This document shows positions 8,833-16,223 of a stretch of DNA of 25,253 bases, in pieces; within the stretch, counting starts at the first letter, position 1; the number at the start of each line of letters is the position of its first letter. The stretch is from Thermotogota bacterium (GTDB taxonomy: Bacteria; Bipolaricaulota; Bipolaricaulia; UBA7950; UBA9294), in NCBI GenBank assembly GCA_039679545.1, contig JBDKUT010000064.1, forward strand, positions 1 through 25,253, read 5' to 3'. The notes beneath the pieces are model-generated. The model made no database searches, was not told the DNA's origin, and worked only from the letters and a program-made list of their open reading frames with translations. The position numbers and the translations under genes were made by a program.

Positions 8833-10725
8833 CTACGCGTTATGAGTGGCAGTATACGCCAACAACCCTCCCGCGCGAAGCATCGCTTTCTCCCGCTCGG
8901 ACAGGTCTTGCTTCGCGGGGATCGTTGTCTTCTTGGTGAGGTTCTTCACGACGAGGTCCGGCTCGAGCTTGGACACATCGATCTCGAGCTGGTCTCCCTG
9001 GTCGATCAGGTCGGTGTTGCAGGTGATCGGCAGGATCCCCATGTTGATCAAGTTCGCGCGGTGGATGCGCGCGAAGCTCTTGGCAAGAACGGCCTTGATG
9101 CCGAGCTTCCACGGCGCGAGGGCCGCGTGCTCGCGCGACGAGCCCTGTCCGTAGTTGTCGCCGCCGACGATGAATCCGCCGGCCTTCTCCACGGCGCGCG
9201 CGGCGAACGTCTTGTCCTCGTAGTGGAACGTGAACTTCGCGATTTCGGGCAGGTTCGACCGCAGGTGCTGCGTGAGCGGTCCGGCCGGAAGGATCGCGTC
9301 GGTCGAAATCCCGTCGCCGACCTTGAGCAGCGCTTCGCCCTTGAGCACGGACGGCAGCGACTTCTGGTTCCCGAGCGGCGCGATGTTGGGCGCGCGGCGG
9401 ATCTCCACCTTCGGACCCTGCGGCTCGAGGATCAAGTAGTCGTCGACGGTGAGCTTCTCGACCTTGATCTTCGGCGCGGGCAGCTCGCGCGGGTCGGCGA
9501 TCGCACCCTTGAGGGCGGAGGCGGCGGCAACTTGCGGGCCGCACAGGGCCAGCTTGCCGTCCTCGTTCCCGCCGCGTCCTTTCCAGTTGCGGTTTACGGT
9601 GCGCAGCGAGAGGTGGTTTGTGCCCGGGACGAAGCCGATGCCGATGCACGCGTTGCAGCCGGGTTCGATCATCCGCACGCCGGCCTTCGTCAGCTCGAGG
9701 AAGCTGCCGTCTTCCATCAGCATCTCCCACGCCTGGCGCGATCCGGGCGACACGATGACGTCGATCGCCGTCGACACCTTCTTGCCCTTCAGCATCTCAG
9801 CGACGATCTTGATGTCCTGGTACGAGCCGTTGGTGCACGAGCCGATGAACACCTGGTCGATCTTCGTCCCGGCGACCTTCTCGATGTCGAAGACGTTGTC
9901 GGGCATTCCGGGCATCGCGACGAGCGGCTTCACCGTCGCGAGGTCGATGTCGATCTGCTTGTCGTAGACGGCGCCCTCGTCGGGCGAGAGCTCGCGCCAA
10001 TCCTTCTCGCGGCCCTGCATCTTGAGGAACTTCTTCGTCACGTCGTCGGACGGGAAGATGGACGACGTCGCGCCGGACTCGGTGCCCATGTTCGTGATGG
10101 TCGCCCGCTCCGGGACCGTCAGGTCCTTCAGGCCCGGCCCGACGAACTCGAGGAAGTAGCCGACGCCGCCCTTGACCGTGATCCGCCGCAGCACCTCGAG
10201 CGCGACGTCCTTCGCGCCGACGTTCGGCGATAGCTTCCCAGCCAGAACGATCTTCATCATCTTCGGGACCGTCAGGTAGAACGGCCCGCCGCCCATGCAG
10301 ACGGCGACGTCCATCCCGCCGGCGCCGATCGCCAGCATGCCGAGGCCGCCGCCCGTGGGGGTGTGGGAGTCCGACCCAATGAGCGTCTTTCCCGGAACAC
10401 CGAACCGCTCGTAGTGGATCTGGTGGCAGACGCCGTTCCCGTTCTTCGAGAACTTGGCGCCGTAGTGCGAGGCGATGGTCTGCAGGAAGATGTGGTCGTC
10501 GGTCGACTCGCCCTTGAACCCGAGCGAGGTGTGGTCGGAGTACGACACGGCGAGCTCGGCACGAACCTTGTCGATCCCGAGCGCCTCGAACTCGAGCCAG
10601 GCCATCGTCCCCGTGGAGTCCTGAGTGAGGCACTGATCCATGCGAATGCCGATCTCGGTCCCGCGCTTCAATTCACCTTCGCGCAAGTGCTGCGCGAGGA
10701 TCTTCTCGGTCATGGTTTGCGGCAC
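8833..10725 (-). CDS. Aconitate hydratase (short, Aquifex-like putative aconitase type)
   Basis: Likely start GTG 10725 (RBS GAGGTG), giving (M)PQTMTEKIL; motifs LTQDSTGTMA, GVCHQIH, GSDSHTPT, GSCTN, PGCNACIG (three cluster Cys), ISTDAILP, NYGQGSSREHAA, SFARIHRANL. Confidence 0.9.
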   Translation of the reverse strand: MPQTMTEKILAQHLREGELKRGTEIGIRMDQCLTQDSTGTMAWLEFEALGIDKVRAELAVSYSDHTSLGFKGESTDDHIFLQTIASHYGAKFSKNGNGVCHQIHYERFGVPGKTLIGSDSHTPTGGGLGMLAIGAGGMDVAVCMGGGPFYLTVPKMMKIVLAGKLSPNVGAKDVALEVLRRITVKGGVGYFLEFVGPGLKDLTVPERATITNMGTESGATSSIFPSDDVTKKFLKMQGREKDWRELSPDEGAVYDKQIDIDLATVKPLVAMPGMPDNVFDIEKVAGTKIDQVFIGSCTNGSYQDIKIVAEMLKGKKVSTAIDVIVSPGSRQAWEMLMEDGSFLELTKAGVRMIEPGCNACIGIGFVPGTNHLSLRTVNRNWKGRGGNEDGKLALCGPQVAAASALKGAIADPRELPAPKIKVEKLTVDDYLILEPQGPKVEIRRAPNIAPLGNQKSLPSVLKGEALLKVGDGISTDAILPAGPLTQHLRSNLPEIAKFTFHYEDKTFAARAVEKAGGFIVGGDNYGQGSSREHAALAPWKLGIKAVLAKSFARIHRANLINMGILPITCNTDLIDQGDQLEIDVSKLEPDLVVKNLTKKTTIPAKQDLSEREKAMLRAGGLLAYTATHNA

Positions 10726-10750
10726 AAGCACCACCTCTTTCGTGACCGGG

Positions 10751-10778
10751 ATTATAGCGCGGCGCGGTCGTCCCGCAA
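10751..10778 (-). promoter_or_regulatory. Sigma70-type promoter of the aconitase gene
   Basis: TTGCGG (10778-10773) - 16 nt - TATAAT (10756-10751). Confidence 0.65.
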
Positions 10779-10801
10779 AGTGCGATTGTCCACGGCGCAA
10801 T

Positions 10802-10818
10802 GTCTCACAATGTGGGAC
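10802..10818. promoter_or_regulatory. Putative IclR operator upstream of the aconitase promoter
   Basis: GTCTCA-CAATG-TGGGAC, the same RTCYCA-N5-TGRGAY pattern as 3120-3136. Confidence 0.55.
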
Positions 10819-10880
10819 TGCTCGCCTCCAGCACGCCGTCCGCGCCCACGCTGAGGTGAGTCCAAAGAAACAACAGACAG

Positions 10881-10906
10881 AAGAAAAACGCATCGGCGAG
10901 GATGCC
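10881..10906 (-). terminator. Possible intrinsic terminator downstream of the 106-aa orphan
   Basis: Minus strand GCATC-CTCGCC-GATGC followed by GTTTTTCTT. Confidence 0.45.
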
Positions 10907-10986
10907 GAGGGCCTAGGCGGCTTCCGTCGTGACGGACCCAACCTGTGGGACGCTGCGCCTCGCTCTCGGCAGGTTGGGACGCGCTG

Positions 10987-11307
10987 TCACCCACTCCCCG
11001 ACTGGAACGACTTGAGCGTCTTGACGTGCGCCGTCCACTCCTCGATGGCCGCTTTGAAATCCGAGCTGATCTCCGGCATGAGCCGGACTATGTTCGCCTT
11101 CGCCCGTTCCGCATTCTGGACATGACCGATTCGTGCTACGGGGGGCGCTGCAAGCGCCTTCTTGATCGACGTCTGGGCGCGTTCTACTTCGACTCGGAGC
11201 TTGCCGGTCTCCTTTGCCAGCTTGGAGAACCATGCTTCCATCGATTTCGCCATGTCGGCATGGGCCGAGAGTGCCGCCTCGAGAGTGCGTACGTCCCTTA
11301 TCTCCAC
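10987..11307 (-). CDS. Hypothetical all-helical protein (106 aa)
   Basis: GTG start with strong RBS GAGGAGG; amphipathic helical composition; no recognisable motif. Confidence 0.7.
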   Translation of the reverse strand: MEIRDVRTLEAALSAHADMAKSMEAWFSKLAKETGKLRVEVERAQTSIKKALAAPPVARIGHVQNAERAKANIVRLMPEISSDFKAAIEEWTAHVKTLKSFQSGSG

Positions 11308-11492
11308 TGTGCGCCTCCTCGCGCTCTAGGGTACGCAGACAGGCGTAGCCGCGGCAAGCAAGTACCGCGTTGGCCGACGCAGCGCTCCTTCCATGAGGAA
11401 CGCGCGACGACCGGCGGCCGCGTGATCGGCTTCGCCGCGGCGTCGGAGGTGCCGCCGCGCCGCGGGCTGCCAGAGATTGCGAGGGCCTTCAT
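11298..11492 (-). pseudogene. Remnant of a flavodoxin-like/NADPH-dependent FMN reductase gene (N-terminus only)
   Basis: ATG overlaps the hpnE stop (ATGA; RBS GAGAGGG). MKALAISGSPRRGG is the classic FMN-binding N-terminus, but similarity is lost after about 20 aa. Confidence 0.6.
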
Positions 11493-12850
11493 TCCCTCTC
11501 GCGCACGCCGCGTGCCGAATCCTCGGTCTCTCCAGGAAGAGCCCACGGTTCGGTCTCCAACTCCGCGCGAGCCGCCGCGCTGATTCCCGACCGGACCGCG
11601 CCTTCGATCGTCGAAGGCCACCCTGTAGCAGTCCAGTCGCCGGCGAGGAAGAGACCGTCGATCGGAGTGCGCGCTGCGGGCCGCAGCGCGTCGGATCCCG
11701 GCGCTGGAACGAACGTCGCCTCGCGGTGCCGGATGACGAGCGAGCGTCGAATCTCCGCATCCCGCACTACGGGAAGGACCTCCCGCAGTGCGGTCGTGAG
11801 GTTGTCGACGACTTCGGCGTCGGCGCGGTCGACCCAGGCGTCGGCCGCGCTCTGCGACAAGACCAAGTGCGTCGATCCGCACTTTTCGTGCAGCTTGCCG
11901 ACGTCGAACACGGCCTGAACGGGCGAGTCGACGGCGATGGCGAACTCGTCGGCGAGTGCCGGGCGATCGAGCCAGAGGTGAACGTTGACGATCGGCGCCC
12001 ACTCGAGACGTCCCGCGGCTTCAAGCACATGCGTGAGCTCAGGGCGACCGCCGGCAAGTCGCTCCAGCGCGTCGGGCGGAACAGCGCTGACCACGGCTTC
12101 GGCGTCGATCGAGCATCCATCGTCGAGTTCGACTCCAACCGCGCGACCTCTGTCAAACAGGACGCGGGAGACGCCAGCGCCGACCTCGGCCAGCCCGCCC
12201 CGCGCTTCGACGTACTTGCGAGCGGCGTCAAAGATCGAGCCGAGGGGCGACGTGAAGAGACCGATGCTCGCGCCGTCGGGCTGGAAGAACCCATCGCGGA
12301 ACACCTTGCGCGCCGCGGCGACGCTGACTCTGTCTGCTGGTGCGTTGAGCGCAGCGATCGAGACGGGGTTCCACAGTCGCCGCACCGTTCGTTCGTTCTG
12401 GCCGTGGCGGGCGAGCCAGGCGCCGAACGTTGCGTCGCCTCGTCGGCCGACCGAAAGGGCCGCGCCGGCACGCAACGCCGCAAGCCGCTCGCCGAACGAA
12501 AGCGGGCGGTAGCGAAGGAGGCTCGGCAGAAGGTGCAAGATTCCGGGTAACGGCGCGGACCGGATCACGGTGCGTTCGCCCTCGCACAGGATGGGAATCG
12601 AGAGGTAGTCCTGGAACGAGACGGTCGGCTCGGCTCCGATTCGCTCAAGGAACCCGGTCGCCGCCGTGCAGCAGCTCATGAGGATGTGCTGGCCGTAGTC
12701 CAGGGTCTCGCCCTCGTGCTCGAACGACGCGCAGCGCCCGCCGAGGCGCGGCGCGCGCTCGAACAGAGCGACATCGACGCCGTCGCCGGCGAGGCGGCAC
12801 GCAGCGGCAAAGCCGGCGAACCCGCCGCCGACCACAACCACACGAGCCAC
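11489..12850 (-). CDS. hpnE: Hydroxysqualene dehydroxylase (squalene-associated FAD-dependent enzyme)
   Basis: VVVVGGGFAG...ERAPRLGGRCASF...DYGQHILM; C-terminal LAGDWTATGWPSTIEGAVRSG; downstream of hpnC/hpnD. Confidence 0.9.
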   Translation of the reverse strand: MARVVVVGGGFAGFAAACRLAGDGVDVALFERAPRLGGRCASFEHEGETLDYGQHILMSCCTAATGFLERIGAEPTVSFQDYLSIPILCEGERTVIRSAPLPGILHLLPSLLRYRPLSFGERLAALRAGAALSVGRRGDATFGAWLARHGQNERTVRRLWNPVSIAALNAPADRVSVAAARKVFRDGFFQPDGASIGLFTSPLGSIFDAARKYVEARGGLAEVGAGVSRVLFDRGRAVGVELDDGCSIDAEAVVSAVPPDALERLAGGRPELTHVLEAAGRLEWAPIVNVHLWLDRPALADEFAIAVDSPVQAVFDVGKLHEKCGSTHLVLSQSAADAWVDRADAEVVDNLTTALREVLPVVRDAEIRRSLVIRHREATFVPAPGSDALRPAARTPIDGLFLAGDWTATGWPSTIEGAVRSGISAAARAELETEPWALPGETEDSARGVRERE

Positions 12851-12851
12851 G

Positions 12852-13856
12852 TCAGAACCTCCTCACGAAGGTCGAGGCAACGAGGACGAGCTTCTCACGC
12901 GTCGAGAGGGAGACGCGGTCAGCGAAGACGTTGAGGCCCAAAGCCTCGATCCGGTCGAGGATTCGGCCGTAGATCTCGGCGAGGAGCCAAAGACACGGTC
13001 TTCCGGCACGGGACACAAGCGGCACAAGGCCAAGCCCGTCATCGAGGAGCGAGCGCGAGCGCTCGGCGTGGGCGCGCAGTAGCTCTCGCAGTGCCGGGGT
13101 CATCGTCCGCGCGCGGAAGGCCGTCTCATCGACGTTATGGCGAACGAACGCCTCGCGGGGAAGGTAGATCCGGCCGCGGCCGAGGTCCTCGTCCACGTCG
13201 CGGAGCACGTTCACGAACTGCATGCCGAGCCCAAGGGAAATCGCCTTCTCCCGCATCGCGTCGGTCGGCGGCACGCCGTCCGTCAGGATCGGCAGCGTCG
13301 CGAGACCGACGGCGGAGGCGACACGGTAGGCGTAGGCTTCGAGCTCGGCGTCCGTCTCCATCCACTCGAGTTCGAGGTCCATCTCCACGCCGTCGAGGAT
13401 CTGGACGACATCATCGGGATCGATGCCGTAGCGAGCGATCGCGTCGGCGAGCGCGACGTCGCGGTTCGTCTCCGGCCGGCCCTCGGCCGCCGCGGCAAGC
13501 CGTCCCCGCAGCGCCGCGATTCCTTCGCGCCTCGAATCGCTGGAACCAACCTGGTCATGGAGAAGCGTGGACTCATCACGCTTCTCCTTAAGTGAACCCG
13601 AAGGGTTCGCGACACGGTCCGAGAGAACCGCGATGGCAGAGCGGTTCTCAGTAAGCGAACGCCGCACGTCGGATGGGGCGGCATTCGCGGCGCTGTCCGC
13701 GACATCATCCAGTTCTCTGCAGAACGCGTAGAGCGCATAGACAGCCAGCCGCTGTCTTCGCGGCAGCGAGAGGAAGGCGAAGTAGAAGTTTCGTGCCTCT
13801 CTTCGCGTGATCTCCGCGCACTCGACGTACGCCGACTTCAGATCCATCGTTTCCAC
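12852..13856 (-). CDS. hpnD: Presqualene diphosphate synthase, with an internal in-frame insertion (alternative start ATG 13847)
   Basis: NFYFAFLSLP, YAFCRELDDVAD, YRVASAVG, QFVNVLRDVDEDLGRGRIYLP. Confidence 0.88.
   Translation of the reverse strand: METMDLKSAYVECAEITRREARNFYFAFLSLPRRQRLAVYALYAFCRELDDVADSAANAAPSDVRRSLTENRSAIAVLSDRVANPSGSLKEKRDESTLLHDQVGSSDSRREGIAALRGRLAAAAEGRPETNRDVALADAIARYGIDPDDVVQILDGVEMDLELEWMETDAELEAYAYRVASAVGLATLPILTDGVPPTDAMREKAISLGLGMQFVNVLRDVDEDLGRGRIYLPREAFVRHNVDETAFRARTMTPALRELLRAHAERSRSLLDDGLGLVPLVSRAGRPCLWLLAEIYGRILDRIEALGLNVFADRVSLSTREKLVLVASTFVRRF
13559..13688 (-). repeat. Four tandem hairpins inserted in frame within hpnD
   Basis: Stems: GGAGAAGCGTG/CACGCTTCTCC (13559-13587), GAACCC/GGGTTC (13594-13608), GAGAACCGC/GCGGTTCTC (13623-13649), GCGAACGCCGC/GCGGCATTCGC (13655-13688). 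Confidence 0.75.
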
Positions 13857-14872
13857 CGCCGTCCGGCAAGCGTGGAGAGGAGAATCCCCACTTTCTCCAT
13901 CTTACTCACGGTCGGCCGCTGGGAGAGCGTGTCGTAGTTCTGGCGCTCGATCTTGTCGAGGATCGCCAGGCCGCCGCGCGAGAAGAGGGCGAGGTCGACG
14001 CGCAGGTGGCCCGAGACTCGATCGAGGAGCGGCAGACCGCGAGCGAAGTAGCCGCGAGCCCGCTCGACCTGAAACCGAAGCAGCCGTCGGACCGATTCCG
14101 ACGCCGTCGCCGTTGCGAGGTCCTCGTCGCGGACGCCGTACTCGGCCATCTCGTCCTGCGGCAGGTAGACGCGGCCCATCTCGTAGTCCCGCTTTACGTC
14201 CTGCCAGAAGTTGGCGAGCTGGAGGCCGATGCACGTCGCGTCGGAGAGAGCGTTTTCTTCTTCGCCGCCGCGTTCGTAGAGGCCGAGGACGAGCCGCCCG
14301 ACGGGGGTCGCCGAGTGCTCGCAGTAGTGGAGAAGGTCGGCGAACGTCGCGTGGCGCTTGTCTCGCTGGTCCATGCGGTTCGCTTCGATGAGGCGGGCGA
14401 ACGGCTCACGGGGAAGGTCGAACCGTTCGATCGTCGGCCGCAACGCCACGAAGATCGGATGCCGCGGGGCGCCGGCGTACGTAAAGTCAAGCTCGGCTTC
14501 GAACTCGTCGAGGAGCGCAATACGGTCCGGTACAGTGCCGTCCGAGGCGCGACGCCCGTCAAGCGCCCAGCCTTCGTCGCCGAGGTTGTCGACTGTACGG
14601 CAATAGGCATAGACAACGGTGAGGTGCTCGCGCATCGCTTTCGGAGCAAGCCACGACACCACAGTGAAGTTCTCGCCCTCCGCTCGGGTGAGAGCGAGGC
14701 ACAGATCTCGCGCCTCCTCGAACGTCGCCACCCGCGCTGCCGGATCCGCGAGCGTGCGACCGACGTCAAGCTCCTGGGCCCGCGCTGCGTAAGGCCTCTC
14801 CCGCCCATCAGATGTTCCTGCGCGGGCGCGAGCCGCGCCAGGTCCCCTGTCCTGTGCGCGGGAACTCACCAT
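13838..14872 (-). CDS. hpnC: Hydroxysqualene synthase (squalene synthase HpnC); start uncertain
   Basis: ENFTVVSWL, YAYCRTVDNLGDEG, YCEHSATPVGRLVL, LQLANFWQDVKRD, GRVYLP; start placed at the ATG/GTG overlapping the upstream stop. Confidence 0.88.
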   Translation of the reverse strand: MVSSRAQDRGPGAARARAGTSDGRERPYAARAQELDVGRTLADPAARVATFEEARDLCLALTRAEGENFTVVSWLAPKAMREHLTVVYAYCRTVDNLGDEGWALDGRRASDGTVPDRIALLDEFEAELDFTYAGAPRHPIFVALRPTIERFDLPREPFARLIEANRMDQRDKRHATFADLLHYCEHSATPVGRLVLGLYERGGEEENALSDATCIGLQLANFWQDVKRDYEMGRVYLPQDEMAEYGVRDEDLATATASESVRRLLRFQVERARGYFARGLPLLDRVSGHLRVDLALFSRGGLAILDKIERQNYDTLSQRPTVSKMEKVGILLSTLAGRRWKRWI

Positions 14873-15357
14873 CCCTGGACCTGGATCACGACTTCGCGCT
14901 CGCGCGGTCGGTCGAGCTCGACGAGGAACACGCTCTGCCAACGCCCAAGGGCAAGCCGCCCACCCATCACCGGGATCGTCTCGCTCGCGCTGAGTAGGAG
15001 GTGCTGGCAGTGCGAGTGTCCGTTCGGACACTCGTCGTCGGTCATGTTCGCCGTGCGGATGACAAAGTCGTTGTGGCGGTACTCCGCCTCCCGCGGCGCG
15101 CTCGTCTCCAGGAATCGAGCCATGTCCCGAAGCAGGAGCGGCTCGTTCTCGTTGATCTTGATCGCCGCCGTCGTGTGGCGCGAGAACACAGTCACCGTCC
15201 CGTCCTGGATCCCTGACGCCTCCACCGCTGCGGCGACCTCGTCCGTGATGTCGATGAATTCGGGCGCCGTCTGCGCGATCCGTTGGATCGCGACACGGTG
15301 CATCTTCATCGCCACGCCGTCTTCGATCGTCGTGCGCATTCCTTCACTCCTCTTCAC
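14866..15357 (-). CDS. yjbQ: YjbQ/UPF0047-family protein
   Basis: FIDITDEV, FSRHTTAAIKINENEP, YRHN, NGHSH, LGRWQSVFLVELDRPREREV; GTGA overlap with ispH (alternative start 15339). Confidence 0.88.
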   Translation of the reverse strand: MKRSEGMRTTIEDGVAMKMHRVAIQRIAQTAPEFIDITDEVAAAVEASGIQDGTVTVFSRHTTAAIKINENEPLLLRDMARFLETSAPREAEYRHNDFVIRTANMTDDECPNGHSHCQHLLLSASETIPVMGGRLALGRWQSVFLVELDRPREREVVIQVQGW

Positions 15358-16223
15358 TTCGCTTCCTCCGAACTTCCCTCGGCGCGGCCGCGCAGCCGCC
15401 GGACGACATCCTCGATGACGTCATCCGGCGTCGACGCTCCCGCCGTCACACCGAACCGCTTCCCAGCCGTCAGCCACTCGTCATCGATCTCGCCCGCGGA
15501 CTCGATGTGGTGTGTCGGCACCCCCGTCGCTCGGCACGTCTCCGCGAGCTTCCGCGTGTTCGCCGAGCTGCGGCTTCCCACGACGAGGAGCGCGTCCACG
15601 TCCGCCGCGAGCTCCGCGGCCGCCTGGTACCGCCGCCCGGTTTCCGGGCATGTCGTGTCGACGATGCGCATCTCGGGCACTCGCCCGGTGTAGCGCTTCA
15701 CCAGTTCCTGAACGAACTCGGCGAACATCGCCGGGCTCTTCGTCGTCTGCGAGATCACCGCGATCCCTTTTTCGCCGATCGGGACGTCGACGTCGGGCGA
15801 CTGCGTGGCGATCCCGCGCCCCCGCGTCCACGAGAGGATTCCGCGCACCTCGGGGTGCTCGGCCTCGCCGTACAGGACGACGCTGTACCCTTCCTCAACC
15901 AGATGCGCCGCCGCCTGCTGCGCTCGGCGGACGATGGGGCACGTCGTGTCGACGAGCCGCAGGTCGCGACGTTCGATCTCGGCGTACACTTCTTCCCCGG
16001 CGCCGTGCGCGGTGATGGCGACCGTTCCGCCCTCCGGAACCTCGTCAAGGCTCCGCGCCATCCGCGCGCCCTTGGCGGCCAGTGCGTCGACGACGTGCGC
16101 GTTGTGCACGATGGCACCGAGGGTGTGGAGCGGGCCGTGCTCGGCAAGCTCGGTCTCGATCCGCTGGACCGCCCGGCGCACGCCGCCGCAGAACCCGAGG
16201 ACCTTCGCCTTGGCGATCGTCAT
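15354..16223 (-). CDS. ispH: 4-hydroxy-3-methylbut-2-enyl diphosphate reductase
   Basis: GFCGGVRRA, IVHN, AHG, DTTCPIV, HPEV, SQTT, DTTCPET, SANTRKL, GVTAGASTP. Confidence 0.95.
   Translation of the reverse strand: MTIAKAKVLGFCGGVRRAVQRIETELAEHGPLHTLGAIVHNAHVVDALAAKGARMARSLDEVPEGGTVAITAHGAGEEVYAEIERRDLRLVDTTCPIVRRAQQAAAHLVEEGYSVVLYGEAEHPEVRGILSWTRGRGIATQSPDVDVPIGEKGIAVISQTTKSPAMFAEFVQELVKRYTGRVPEMRIVDTTCPETGRRYQAAAELAADVDALLVVGSRSSANTRKLAETCRATGVPTHHIESAGEIDDEWLTAGKRFGVTAGASTPDDVIEDVVRRLRGRAEGSSEEAK

Noticed and set aside
8317..8845. Integron attC/attI sites
   Set aside because: AAC...GTT pairs span only about 22-49 bp, shorter than typical attC sites. L boxes are not evident, there is no integrase, and the island genes are not followed by attC-like sites.
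10726..10941. ORF-track N-terminal extension of aconitase (similar extensions on shc, ispG, hpnH, hpnC and regulator 2)
   Set aside because: They overlap promoters or upstream genes; downstream starts have RBSs or stop/start overlaps and match the family N-termini.
10920..10980. Riboswitch/ncRNA from hairpins CCCAACCTG...CAGGTTGGG and TCCGTC/GACGGA
   Set aside because: It lies upstream of the aconitase promoter and so is not in its leader; no recognisable family motif.
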